DNA from: an uncultured delta proteobacterium
GTDB lineage: Bacteria; Desulfobacterota; Desulfuromonadia; Desulfuromonadales; JACZKF01
NCBI GenBank assembly: GCA_963816395.1
Contig: CAWFKQ010000016.1
Location: 384,001 to 448,000 of the forward strand
Direction of reading: 5' to 3'
DNA: 64,000 nucleotides
In this document: positions 44,480-53,426 of the stretch, piece by piece
How the letters are laid out: each line of letters opens with the position of its first letter
How positions within the stretch are numbered: the first letter of the stretch is position 1
Notes under the pieces: generated by a model
The model's database searches: none
Told to the model about the DNA's origin: nothing
Seen by the model: only the letters and a program-made list of their open reading frames with translations
Position numbers and translations under genes: made by a program

Positions 44480-46399
44480 TTAGCCCTCGAAGTAGGTGTA
44501 CCCCCGCAAACTCGCGCCGAAGCTCTCCAGGATCTCCTGGCGCTCGGGGACGCTGATCGCCCCCCTCCGCACCGCCCCCTCGGCGGTGAGGCGGAAGCGC
44601 TCCAGGATGTCCTTGGGGTTGTACTGCACGTAGCCGAGGATGTCGGCGATGCTGTCCCCCTGGTTTTCCCGCGTCACGTCGAAGCTGCCGTCCTCGTTGA
44701 CCCGCACGCTGACCACGTTGGTGTCGCCGAAGAGGTTGTGCAGGTCGCCCAGGGTCTCCTGGTAGGCGCCGACCAGGAAGACGCCGAGGAAATAATCCTC
44801 CCCCGGGCGCACCGGATGCAGGGGGAGGGTCTTGCGGGTGCCGTGCAGGTCGATGAAGTGGTCGATGCGCCCGTCGCTGTCGCAGGTGATGTCGGCGATG
44901 ATCCCCTCGCGGGTCGGGCGCTCCTCCAGGCGGTGGATCGGCATGACCGGGAAGATCTGGCCGATGGCCCAGTGGTCGGGGAGGGACTGGAAGACGCTCA
45001 GGTTGCCGTAGTAGATATCGGCCATCTGCTCGCGCAGGCCGGCGACCTCGGGGGGCGTCTCGCCATCGAGCGCGTCCAGGTGCCCGACGATGCGCTGGAA
45101 GATTGCCAGCACCAGGTTTTCCGCGAGGGAGCGGGCGCGCAGGGAAATCTGCCCCCGCTTGAACATCTCGCGGAGCTCGTCCCGGTAGAAGACGGTGTTG
45201 TTGAAGCACTGCTGGATGGTCGAGGGGTTGAGGTGACCCAGCATCTCGTAGAGGTTGTGGATAAGAGGATTTTCTTCGGCCGGCGGCGCCTGCTGGAGGG
45301 GCGGCGGCTCGAAGTGGGTCACGTCGAAGATATTGAAGAGCAGGAGGGAATAATAGGCGACGGTGGGGCGCCCGGACTCGGTGACGATGGTCGGATGCTC
45401 GATGTCGTGCGGGTCGAGGGTCTCCATGATCACCTCGACCAGATCGGCGCTATATTCGTCGATGGTGTAGTTCATCGACTGGGTATGGTTGGACCGGGAG
45501 CCGAGATAATCGACGGCCAGGCCGCCGCCGAAGTCGAGGAACCCCATGGGGGCACCTTCCTGCACCAGGTTGATGTAGAAGCGGCAGGCCTCCATGGCCG
45601 CCTGACGGATGTCGCGGATGTTGGGGATCTGGGAGCCGAGATGGCAGTGGAGGAGCTGCAGGCAGTCGAGCATGTCGTGCTCTTTGAGCGCGTCGACGAT
45701 CTCCACCAGCTGGCTGGTGGTCAGGCCGAAGATGCTGCGGTCGCCGCTCGTCTTGTTCCAGTGGCCGCCGACGGTGGTGGCGAGTTTGGCCCGCATGCCG
45801 ATGAAAGGGCGGATGCCCAGGGCCTTGCTGCGCTCGATGATGATCGGCAGCTCGGCAGGGGTTTCGATGACGAAAAAGCAGCGGTAGCCGAGCTTGCGGG
45901 CGCGCAGCCCGAGGTCGATGAATCCCCGGTCCTTGTAGCCGTTGCAGACGATCATGCTGTCGTCGCCGGGGAGAGAGGCGAGGGCGACGATGAGCTCCGC
46001 CTTGCTTCCGGCCTCCAGGCCGTGCCGGTAGCGGGCGCCGAACCTGGCGATCTCCTCGATGACCTGGCGCTGCTGGTTGACCTTGATGGGGAAGACCCCC
46101 TGATAGCGGCCGCGGTAGCCGTGGCGCTTGATGGCGTCCCGGAAGGACTCGTTGAGGAGGGCGATGCGGGCGTCCAGGAGGTTTTCCACCCGCAGCAGGA
46201 GCGGCATCTGCAGGCCGCGCTGGTGCACTCCCGAGACGATGTCCATGAGAGACACCTGCACGTCGCCGGAAGGGAAGGGAACCTTCACCGTCACCTCCCC
46301 CTGGTCGGAGAGGTCGAAGTAACCAGCCCCCCAGTCGCGGACGCGGTAGAGACGGGCGGAATCCTCGACCGTCCAGTCCTTCTTCAACCTGGGATTCAT
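44480..46399 (-). CDS. speA: Biosynthetic arginine decarboxylase
   Basis: FPIKVNQ, LEAGSKAEL, HCHLGSQI, GGGLAVDY, FQSLPDHW, DITCDSDG, GAYQETLGDLHNLFGD. Confidence 0.95.
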   Translation of the reverse strand: MNPRLKKDWTVEDSARLYRVRDWGAGYFDLSDQGEVTVKVPFPSGDVQVSLMDIVSGVHQRGLQMPLLLRVENLLDARIALLNESFRDAIKRHGYRGRYQGVFPIKVNQQRQVIEEIARFGARYRHGLEAGSKAELIVALASLPGDDSMIVCNGYKDRGFIDLGLRARKLGYRCFFVIETPAELPIIIERSKALGIRPFIGMRAKLATTVGGHWNKTSGDRSIFGLTTSQLVEIVDALKEHDMLDCLQLLHCHLGSQIPNIRDIRQAAMEACRFYINLVQEGAPMGFLDFGGGLAVDYLGSRSNHTQSMNYTIDEYSADLVEVIMETLDPHDIEHPTIVTESGRPTVAYYSLLLFNIFDVTHFEPPPLQQAPPAEENPLIHNLYEMLGHLNPSTIQQCFNNTVFYRDELREMFKRGQISLRARSLAENLVLAIFQRIVGHLDALDGETPPEVAGLREQMADIYYGNLSVFQSLPDHWAIGQIFPVMPIHRLEERPTREGIIADITCDSDGRIDHFIDLHGTRKTLPLHPVRPGEDYFLGVFLVGAYQETLGDLHNLFGDTNVVSVRVNEDGSFDVTRENQGDSIADILGYVQYNPKDILERFRLTAEGAVRRGAISVPERQEILESFGASLRGYTYFEG

Positions 46400-46420
46400 C
46401 TCAGATCTCCAGAATGGAAA

Positions 46421-46479
46421 GGGCGGGCTGCAAACCCGCCCCTACGATTATGTCTGTAGGGGCACGGCGCGCCGTGCCC
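46421..46479. repeat. Inverted pair of GTAG-type REP palindromes
   Basis: Minus strand GTAG-GGGCGGG-tttgcag-CCCGCCC and plus strand GTAG-GGGCACGGC-gc-GCCGTGCCC, 10 bp apart. Confidence 0.75.
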
Positions 46480-46515
46480 TGATCCGCTTCCTGCCACCCG
46501 TGCCCTTCCCGATCT

Positions 46516-47361
46516 CTACCCAGAGATGTTTTCCCGGGCGAAGGTCGGCAGCATGAAGGCGCCGAGGTGCAGGTCCTCGTTATAGTACTTCGTGTAAAAA
46601 CCCCGCCCGGCCGCCCGCTGGCGGTTGAAGTCCCGCACCGGGTGGTACTTTTTGCTGGCGAAGGCGAAACTCCAGAGCCCGCTGGGGTAGGTGGGGATGA
46701 AGGCCTGGTACATCTCGACAATGGGGAAAACCGCCCGCAGGTTGCGGTACATGCTCTTCTGCACCGCGGCGTGATAGAAGGGGGATTCGCTCTGCGCCAC
46801 CATGATGCCGTCCGCTTTCAGCGCGCCGGCGACCAGGCGGTAGAAGTCCTCCTCGAAAAGCCCTACGGCGGGGCCGATGGGATCGGTGGAGTCGACCAGG
46901 ATGATGTCGAATTCATCGGTGTGCTCGCGGATATAGGCGAGCCCGTCGGCCACCTGCACCTCCACCCGCGGGTTGCTGCCGTCGATCTCGCAGGCGAGAG
47001 AGGGAAGTAGCTCGATCGATTTCTCGATAACCAGCCCGTCGATCTCGCACAGCACCGCCTTTTCCACTCCGGGATGCTTGACGATTTCGCGGATGGTGCC
47101 GCCGTCGCCGCCGCCGATCACCAGCACCTTTTTCGGCTCGGGATGGGTGAAGAGCGCCGGATGGGTGATCATGTCATGGTAGACGAACTCGTCGCGCTCG
47201 GTGACCATCACCAGACCATCGAGAAGCATCATGCGCCCGTACTCCAGCGTCTCGATGATGTCGAGCTGCTGGAATTCGCTTTCGCCCGAAAACAGGCTTT
47301 TGCTGGCCTTCAGGGTGATGCCGACGTTTTCCGAGTGTTTTTCCGTGTACCAGAGTTCCAT
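46516..47361 (-). CDS. speE: Polyamine aminopropyltransferase (spermidine synthase)
   Basis: DEFVYHDM, VLVIGGGDGG, CEID, DSTDPIGP, PTYPSG. Confidence 0.95.
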   Translation of the reverse strand: MELWYTEKHSENVGITLKASKSLFSGESEFQQLDIIETLEYGRMMLLDGLVMVTERDEFVYHDMITHPALFTHPEPKKVLVIGGGDGGTIREIVKHPGVEKAVLCEIDGLVIEKSIELLPSLACEIDGSNPRVEVQVADGLAYIREHTDEFDIILVDSTDPIGPAVGLFEEDFYRLVAGALKADGIMVAQSESPFYHAAVQKSMYRNLRAVFPIVEMYQAFIPTYPSGLWSFAFASKKYHPVRDFNRQRAAGRGFYTKYYNEDLHLGAFMLPTFARENISG

Positions 47362-47374
47362 GGCTGAAAATCCT

Positions 47375-47477
47375 TTCAACGCAAAGTCGCAAAGATCAAA
47401 AAGAAAGACGCAAAGAAGGAAGTAAGGCCAAAATTGTAACTGGCGCCTTGGCTCTCCCTTTGCGTCTTTGCGTTAAA
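47375..47477. repeat. ~100-bp palindromic element, CGCAAAG family (copy 4, opposite orientation to copy 2)
   Basis: Reverse complement TTTTAACGCAAAGACGCAAAGGG...TTTTGATCTTTGCGACTTTGCGTTG aligns with 23750-23854. Confidence 0.88.
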
Positions 47478-47496
47478 ATCAGTTTTTGGCGCCTTT

Positions 47497-47895
47497 TTAA
47501 ACCGCTTTCATCAGCTCCATCGGTTTGTGGGTCAGTTCCCCCACCACCTCCAGCTGGCCGCGCTTCATCTCCATGGTGGAGGCGCGGCGGGAACGCAGGT
47601 TAGTCTTCAGATGGCGATAAGCGGTTTCCGGAATGACCGTATTGCCGCAGGTGAACAGGTCGACGGCGGCATAGCCGTATTCCGGCCAGGTATGGATCGC
47701 CAAATGGCTTTCGGCAATTATAACCGCTCCGGAGACCCCGTGCGGACTGAATGTGTGGAAAACCTTACTGACGATGGTGGCGCCGGCCGCCAGGGCCGCC
47801 TCGCACATGATCTCCTCAATCCTCCCCGGATTGTTGAGGACTTCGGGGTCGCACTCATAGAATTCGGCGACAATCTGCTGACCAAGAGATTTCAT
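47497..47895 (-). CDS. speD: S-adenosylmethionine decarboxylase proenzyme
   Basis: FSPHGVS, AESH cleavage site, HTWPE, DLFTCG. Confidence 0.95.
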   Translation of the reverse strand: MKSLGQQIVAEFYECDPEVLNNPGRIEEIMCEAALAAGATIVSKVFHTFSPHGVSGAVIIAESHLAIHTWPEYGYAAVDLFTCGNTVIPETAYRHLKTNLRSRRASTMEMKRGQLEVVGELTHKPMELMKAV

Positions 47896-47951
47896 GGCGT
47901 GTTTCCTTTCTACGATGAAATCCGGTCCGACGGGCCGGGTAGAACCGCAAC

Positions 47952-48011
47952 TTCAGGTGCCAGGGATCAGCTTTCAGGTCTTGCCCCGAGTCTGAAGCCT
48001 GCCACTGACCT
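47952..48011. repeat. Degenerate heptamer-array palindrome (TCAGG family)
   Basis: TTCAGGT GCCAGGG ATCAGCT TTCAGGT ... TCTGAA GCCTGCC ACTGACC. Confidence 0.5.
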
Positions 48012-48554
48012 TCAATAGAAAAATGTCGGCGGCGAGACAACCCAGAGGATCTTCGCCGCGGTCTTCCCCGGGTTGCGCACATGGTGGCGGCGGTCCGAGG
48101 GAAAGTAGAAGCATTCATCCCGGCGCACCGGGTAAGCTTTTTCATCGAGGACCAGCTCAATACGGCCGGTCAGCACAAAACCGAATTCCTCTCCTTCATG
48201 GAAAGGCTGCTCAGCCATCGTCTCCCCCGGCTGCAGCGTCACCAGGGCCGGATCCATGGTGCGATTCTGGGCGCCGGGCACCAGGAGCTCGACCCGCATG
48301 CCCGCCTCGTCGCTGGCATTGACCCGGGAATCGGCGCCGAATACAACCTGCCGTTCCGGAGTCACGGCAAAGAATTCGGCGAAGGATACGCCGAGAACGT
48401 CGAGGATGTCCTTCAGGGTGCTGATCGCCGGGCTGGTGGCGTCGTTCTCCAGCTGCGAAATGTACCCTTTGGTCAGGTCGGCGCGGCTGGCCAACTCTTC
48501 CTGGGTCAGGGAGTTGGACATGCGCAGCTTTCTGAGTCTTTCCCCGATTTTCAC
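48012..48554 (-). CDS. XRE HTH + cupin transcriptional regulator (PuuR-like)
   Basis: LTQEELASRADLTKGYISQLEND HTH; HEGEEFGFVLTG cupin; first gene of the spe operon. Confidence 0.88.
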   Translation of the reverse strand: MKIGERLRKLRMSNSLTQEELASRADLTKGYISQLENDATSPAISTLKDILDVLGVSFAEFFAVTPERQVVFGADSRVNASDEAGMRVELLVPGAQNRTMDPALVTLQPGETMAEQPFHEGEEFGFVLTGRIELVLDEKAYPVRRDECFYFPSDRRHHVRNPGKTAAKILWVVSPPTFFY

Positions 48555-48567
48555 GCCGCAGTTCCAG

Positions 48568-48618
48568 GTTTAGTAATGGTAAACATTTTGTCAGGTGCCT
48601 TGTTTACAATTCCTAAAC
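48568..48618. promoter_or_regulatory. Two GTTTA-N7-TAAAC palindromic operator candidates
   Basis: GTTTAGTAATGGTAAAC (48568-48584) and GTTTACAATTCCTAAAC (48602-48618). Confidence 0.65.
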
Positions 48619-48651
48619 TTTCTGTTTAGAAAAATCGCACACAAGGGCGGA

Positions 48652-48680
48652 TTTATACTCCCTTTGCCGGGCGCTGTCAA
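48652..48680 (-). promoter_or_regulatory. Putative sigma70 promoter of the XRE-speD-speE-speA operon
   Basis: TTGACA-17 bp-TATAAA on the minus strand. Confidence 0.7.
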
Positions 48681-48742
48681 CTCTTTTTTCCCTCATTTCG
48701 CACCAGCCGCCGGCGAATTTCGGTTTAAGTCCTGGCATCTCC

Positions 48743-48771
48743 TTGACATTCCATCATTTTTTCTATTTACT
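48743..48771 (+). promoter_or_regulatory. Putative sigma70 promoter of proC
   Basis: TTGACA-17 bp-TTTACT. Confidence 0.5.
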
Positions 48772-48836
48772 AGGGGGCCAGAAGAGAGCCGGAAAAGGCT
48801 ATTCATTCCATCCAGACGGGGGGAAAGAACGGTACC

Positions 48837-49646
48837 ATGACCATGGTGGGCAAAATCGCCTTTATTGGCGGTGGAAATATGGCGGAGGCCTTGATCCGGG
48901 GGCTGCTTCGGGGGACTTATCCGGCAACGGAAATCGTCGTCTCGGAGCCGAATGAAATACGGCGCGGTCAACTGGCCGAGCGTTATGAGGTAATCCTGAC
49001 GGCCGACAACCACGCGGCGGTGGCCGCTGCCGACCTGGTGATCCTGGCGATAAAGCCGCAGATTATCGGGGGGGTCCTCCCCGGAATTGCCGGCGTCTTT
49101 TCGAACGACAAGCTGATGATCTCGATCCTGGCCGGGATTCCGACCGCCTCCCTGGAACGGTTTTTCGACGGTTCGCCGCGGGTGGTGCGGGCGATGCCCA
49201 ATACCCCGGCACTGGTCGGCGAGGGGGCCACCGCCCTTTGCGCCGGCCGCTTCGCCACTGTCGATGATCTGCTCACGGCGCGGCACCTGTTCGAAACCGT
49301 GGGTCTGGTGCAGGTGGTCGGTGAAATGCAGATGGATGCCGTGACCGGCCTCTCCGGTTCCGGTCCCGCTTACGTCTTCACTGTCATCGAAGCGCTGGCG
49401 GATGGGGGGGTGCAGGAAGGTTTGCCGCGGGAGACGGCCCTTGCCCTGGCGACCCAAACGGTGCTCGGGGCAGCCCGCCTGGTGCGCGAAGGCGAGCATC
49501 CGGCCGTACTGCGCGACCGGGTCTGTTCGCCGGGAGGAACCACCATCGCCGGTATCGGCGCGCTGGAGGAGAAGGGGTTGCGGGGAGCGCTGATGGAGGC
49601 GGTGGCCCGTGCCGCCGCGCGCTCGCGGGAACTTGGGAAGAAATAG
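48837..49646 (+). CDS. proC: Pyrroline-5-carboxylate reductase
   Basis: FIGGGNMA, AIKPQ, RAMPNTP, GLSGSGPAY, VCSPGGTT. Confidence 0.96.
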   Translation: MTMVGKIAFIGGGNMAEALIRGLLRGTYPATEIVVSEPNEIRRGQLAERYEVILTADNHAAVAAADLVILAIKPQIIGGVLPGIAGVFSNDKLMISILAGIPTASLERFFDGSPRVVRAMPNTPALVGEGATALCAGRFATVDDLLTARHLFETVGLVQVVGEMQMDAVTGLSGSGPAYVFTVIEALADGGVQEGLPRETALALATQTVLGAARLVREGEHPAVLRDRVCSPGGTTIAGIGALEEKGLRGALMEAVARAAARSRELGKK

Positions 49647-49647
49647 T

Positions 49648-49689
49648 CAGACAGTCAGGGCCGGTCGGATGACCGGCCCTGACTGTCTG
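49648..49689. terminator. Perfect 19-bp-stem hairpin between convergent genes
   Basis: CAGACAGTCAGGGCCGGTC-ggat-GACCGGCCCTGACTGTCTG; no U-tract. Confidence 0.55.
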
Positions 49690-49800
49690 CGGCGATTGGC
49701 GGTTTCATCTGTATGGTTTTCGCTTGGAGCGCCCCCTGTCCGCGCATCATCAACTCCTGTGCCTTCCCTAAGTCCCCTCTGATCCGCACCCATCTACCCC

Positions 49801-49983
49801 TTATCGGCTTTCCCCGGCGTCAGTCAGCTTGCCATCCTTGTTGATCTCGTCGAAAAGGGCGATCTGCTCGGCCATCGACAACTTCTTCCGGCACCCTTTT
49901 CCGGTGCGCAGGCAGAGCCGGCAGCGGTCATCCGAACACCACTGGCACTGGCGGCAATCGGGGCAGGGATGCTTCTTCTCCAT
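49801..49983 (-). CDS. Small Cys-rich hypothetical protein
   Basis: MEKKHPCPDCRQCQWCSDDRCRLCLRTGKGC; GGAG RBS upstream. Confidence 0.7.
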   Translation of the reverse strand: MEKKHPCPDCRQCQWCSDDRCRLCLRTGKGCRKKLSMAEQIALFDEINKDGKLTDAGESR

Positions 49984-50005
49984 ATCGACTCCGTTCACTC
50001 CCAGT

Positions 50006-51321
50006 CTACTCTCCGGCGCCGATCGGCGCCAGGGCTTCAGGGGAGGTGAGGAGGCGCTGGCGCTGCCGGCGCAGATAGACCATTTCGCAGAACTCGGCGG
50101 CCAGCAGGAGAAAAACGGCAATGATGAGGCCGGGCAGGGGCGGGGGGAAGAGGTTGAGGACGCCCCAGAGTAAGGAGGATGAACAAAACTTTGCAGAGGA
50201 CGGAACAGCCGAGCTGGCCTGTGCGGTGGGCGCCGGTGAACCAGCCGCGCAGCAGATTGGCGGCGCCGTAGAGACCGGGATAGAAGGCGCAGGCCGCCAG
50301 CGGCAGGGCGATATAGGCGCGGGTGGCGGTGTCCAGCCCCAGGAGATCGCCGAGCACCGGTCGGTTCAGGGGAAAAGCGGTCAGCACGATCAGCAGGCCG
50401 AGGGCACCGCTGAGCCGCTGGATAGAAGGTGACCAGGGGCGGATAGTCGGCGCCCTGCCGGACCAGGGTGAGAAAAGCCTGCTGCAGGTTGCGCATCGGC
50501 CCGCCGAGCAGAAAGATGAAGCCGCGGATGACGCCGAAAGAGGCGAGAGCCAGCGTTCCGTCGGGCAGCCGGCTGATGATGGCGTTGATGAGCAGCGGCA
50601 CGGTCTGCTGCAAACAGGAGGACCAGGCGAGGGGAAAGGCGAAGCGCAGAACCTCGAGCGCTCCCTTCTCCTCATCGCCGCCGGCCGGAATCCGGCAGCG
50701 CAGGGCGAAGAAGCCGACGAAAAGGGTTTCCACGGCGACGCAGGTGACCAGGCCAAAGGCGCCGAGAACCGCCCCCGCGAACCAGCGGCGGCCGAGGAGG
50801 AGGAAGCCGCCGAGGGCGCCGATGCGCACCAGGGTGGCGACTGAGACCAGGGCAGTGCGCCGGGAGCGGATGATCAGTCCCTGGAAAAGGCCGCGAAAGC
50901 CGGTGAAAAAGGGGAGAAAGACGAGGATGCCGAGCGCCCGGCGGGCACCCTCTGCCACCGCCCCGGTCACCCCGAGGAGGCGGCCGAAGACGAATTCCCC
51001 CGCTGGGGTATAGGCGAGCAGGGCCAGCATCAGCGAAACGTATACCGCCACCAGCAGAACAAACAGTACCGTTCCCCGCAGGGAACGTCGGCCGCGGACC
51101 ACGGCGATGGTCAGCGTATGGTTCTGGTAGGAAGGGGAAGCGATGAACAGGTGCAGCACCATGGCCACCGAGAAAGCGGCCAGGGAGGTGACGAAGTCTG
51201 CCTGACGGGCGAGAGCGGCATTAATGATTGAATGGGAGACGCTCATCAGCTGCACGTTCAGCAGCAGGGGAAAAAAGAATAATGCGATCTCCTTTTGCGA
51301 CAGCAGGCGGCGGGCGCTCAC
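50006..51321 (-). CDS. MATE/MOP-superfamily membrane protein, ANKH-like (frameshifts near 50430 and 50170)
   Basis: Internal two-fold repeat (FFFPLL..IINAALAR..LAAF / FAFPLA..LINAIISR..LASF) and many hydrophobic helices. Confidence 0.7.
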
Positions 51322-51956
51322 GGTATATCAGCCGGAAACAGTCGCAGCAGATCGGCCGGCTCGGCCGCCCGGAAATCTCCGGCAATGCCGCCGTCGTTCC
51401 CCATCCCCCAGGCGCAGAAGCAGGTTTTTACCCCGGCGGCACGCCCGGCCCGCAGGTCCGTATGGTGATCGCCGATCATCACCGCCTGCTCCGGCCGGCT
51501 GCCCAACTGCTCCAGGGCGAGCAGGACCGGGGCCGGATGCGGTTTCTTTTCGGCAGCGCTTTCGGCTCCCAGCACCAGGGGAAATAAGGCAAAAAGATCG
51601 AGTCGCCGCAGCAGTTCCCGGGCGAAGTTCAGCGGTTTATTGGTGACCACCGCCAGCCGGTCGCCCCGGTGTCGGGTGAGGAACTCGCGGATGCCCGGGT
51701 AGACGACCGTGGTGTCGGTCAAGTGCTCGCCGTAGAGATGAAGAAAGCGCTGCAGGCGCTCGGGGGAGAAAGCATCGGCCGGCAGGGCACGGGTCAGCAG
51801 CACCCGGGCGCCGTTGCCGACATAACTGCGAACGGTGTTCAGATCGAGGGGAGGAAGGCCCAGTTCCGCCCGCAGTCGGTTGACCGCGGTCGCCAGGTCG
51901 CGAGCAGAGTCGACCAGGGTGCCGTCGAGGTCGAAGAGGAAGGTATCGAAGGACAT
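51318..51956 (-). CDS. HAD-family phosphatase, phosphoglycolate phosphatase-like
   Basis: FDLDGTLVDS, VTNK, KPHP, MIGD. Confidence 0.88.
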   Translation of the reverse strand: MSFDTFLFDLDGTLVDSARDLATAVNRLRAELGLPPLDLNTVRSYVGNGARVLLTRALPADAFSPERLQRFLHLYGEHLTDTTVVYPGIREFLTRHRGDRLAVVTNKPLNFARELLRRLDLFALFPLVLGAESAAEKKPHPAPVLLALEQLGSRPEQAVMIGDHHTDLRAGRAAGVKTCFCAWGMGNDGGIAGDFRAAEPADLLRLFPADIP

Positions 51957-51969
51957 GGGCGTAAAAAAA

Positions 51970-52046
51970 CCAGGTATCAGGAGTCAGGTATCAGGAGTCA
52001 GGAAAGTTCGAAACCTGGATCCTGAAGCCTGGTACCTGATTCCTAA
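51970..52046. repeat. Heptamer-array palindrome (TCAGGWR family)
   Basis: CCAGGTA TCAGGAG TCAGGTA TCAGGAG TCAGGAA / ACCTGGA TCCTGAA GCCTGGT ACCTGAT TCCTAA. Confidence 0.85.
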
Positions 52047-53425
52047 AATAATCCCGTCAGCCAGGTGAAGAGCCCGGTCTCGCGGGCCTTGAAGAAGAGG
52101 ACAATGCCGACCGCCAGCGGCGAGACGAAGCGGATGAGGAAGTGCCAGGTCGGGTACACCCAGCCATTGCCGCTGCCGATCAGCTCCTCTTTTTCCTCGC
52201 TGCCGCTCCAGAACCAGCCGACGTAGATCGAGATCAACAGGCCGCTGACCGGCAGCAGGTAATTGGAGGCGATCAGGTCGGCGGAATCGAAGAAGGAGCG
52301 GTCGCCGATCAGGTGCCAGTCACCCAGAACATTGTAGGACAGAGCGGTGGGAATGCCGGCCAGGAAAGCCAGGGCGGCCAGGACCAGAGTCGCCCGTTTG
52401 CGCTCCCAGCCGCGTTCGTCGATCAGGTAGGCGACCTGCGCCTCGAGCAGGGAAATAGCGCTGGTCAGGGCGGCGAAGGCCAGCAGCAGGAAGAAGACGA
52501 TGGCCAGGAAGTACCCCCCGGGGATGCGCGAGAAGACCACCGGAATGGTCTTGAACACCAGGCCCGGGCCGGCGGCCGGTTCCATGCCGACCGAGAAGAC
52601 GACGGAGAAGATCGCCAGCCCCGCCATCAGGGCGATAAGAGTATCGAGCACCACCACCCGCAGGCTCGCCGCCAACAGGTCCTCCCGGCGCTCCAGATAG
52701 GAGCCGTAGGTGATCATCGCCGCCATGCCCAGCGACAGGGTGAAAAAGGCGTGCCCCATCGCTTCCAGGACACCGCTGTAGGTGAGGCGGTGGAAGTCGG
52801 GGCGGAACATGAAGGAAAACCCCGCCCAGGCGCCCTTGCTGAGCAGGCCGTTGATGAACAGCGCCGCCAGCAGGAGGAAAAGGAGCGGCATGAGGATCTT
52901 GTTCCAGCGCTCGATCCCCTTTTGTACGCCGCCGACGACGATGCCGAAGCAAAGCAGGATGAAGGCGAAATGCCACACGAGCTGCCGCCCGCCATTGCCG
53001 ATCAGCCCGCCGAAGATTCCCTCGATGGCCTCCGCCGGTTGGCCGGAGAAGCTTCCCTGCAGCGCCCGCAGGATGTAGTCGAGGGTCCAGCCGGCGACCA
53101 CCGAGTAGTAGGAGAGAATGATGAAGGCGGCAGCGACGCTTACCCATCCGGCGGCCAACCAGGGGGAGCGCCGGCCGGCCAGCTGCACGAAAGCGCCGAC
53201 CGCGTCGCGCCGGGTGTGGCGGCCGATCATCAGCTCGGCCATCATGATCGGCAGGCCGATGACGGCGATGCACACCAGGTAGACCAGCACGAACGCCCCG
53301 CCGCCATTACGGCCGGTGATGTAGGGGAATTTCCAGATATTCCCCAGGCCGACCGCGCTGCCGGCGGCCGCCAGGATGAAGCCCAGGCGGCTGGCCCACA
53401 AAGCCCGCGGCGGGCCCTGCTGCAT
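52043..53425 (-). CDS. Neurotransmitter:sodium symporter (NSS) family transporter
   Basis: GSAVGLGNIWKFP, GGGAF, FFTLSLG, TYGSY, GPGLVF, AALTSAIS. Confidence 0.93.
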   Translation of the reverse strand: MQQGPPRALWASRLGFILAAAGSAVGLGNIWKFPYITGRNGGGAFVLVYLVCIAVIGLPIMMAELMIGRHTRRDAVGAFVQLAGRRSPWLAAGWVSVAAAFIILSYYSVVAGWTLDYILRALQGSFSGQPAEAIEGIFGGLIGNGGRQLVWHFAFILLCFGIVVGGVQKGIERWNKILMPLLFLLLAALFINGLLSKGAWAGFSFMFRPDFHRLTYSGVLEAMGHAFFTLSLGMAAMITYGSYLERREDLLAASLRVVVLDTLIALMAGLAIFSVVFSVGMEPAAGPGLVFKTIPVVFSRIPGGYFLAIVFFLLLAFAALTSAISLLEAQVAYLIDERGWERKRATLVLAALAFLAGIPTALSYNVLGDWHLIGDRSFFDSADLIASNYLLPVSGLLISIYVGWFWSGSEEKEELIGSGNGWVYPTWHFLIRFVSPLAVGIVLFFKARETGLFTWLTGLF

Positions 53426-53426
53426 G

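Noticed and set aside
41408..46459. Long antisense ORFs (1014 aa, 674 aa and similar ones elsewhere)
   Set aside because: Shadow frames of GC-rich genes with no recognisable motifs
47896..48011. SAM riboswitch upstream of speD
   Set aside because: No SAM-I/II core; the region is explained by TCAGG-type heptamer repeats
51970..52046. CRISPR array (also the other short-repeat tracts)
   Set aside because: Units are 7-9 bp without unique spacers, and no cas genes are present
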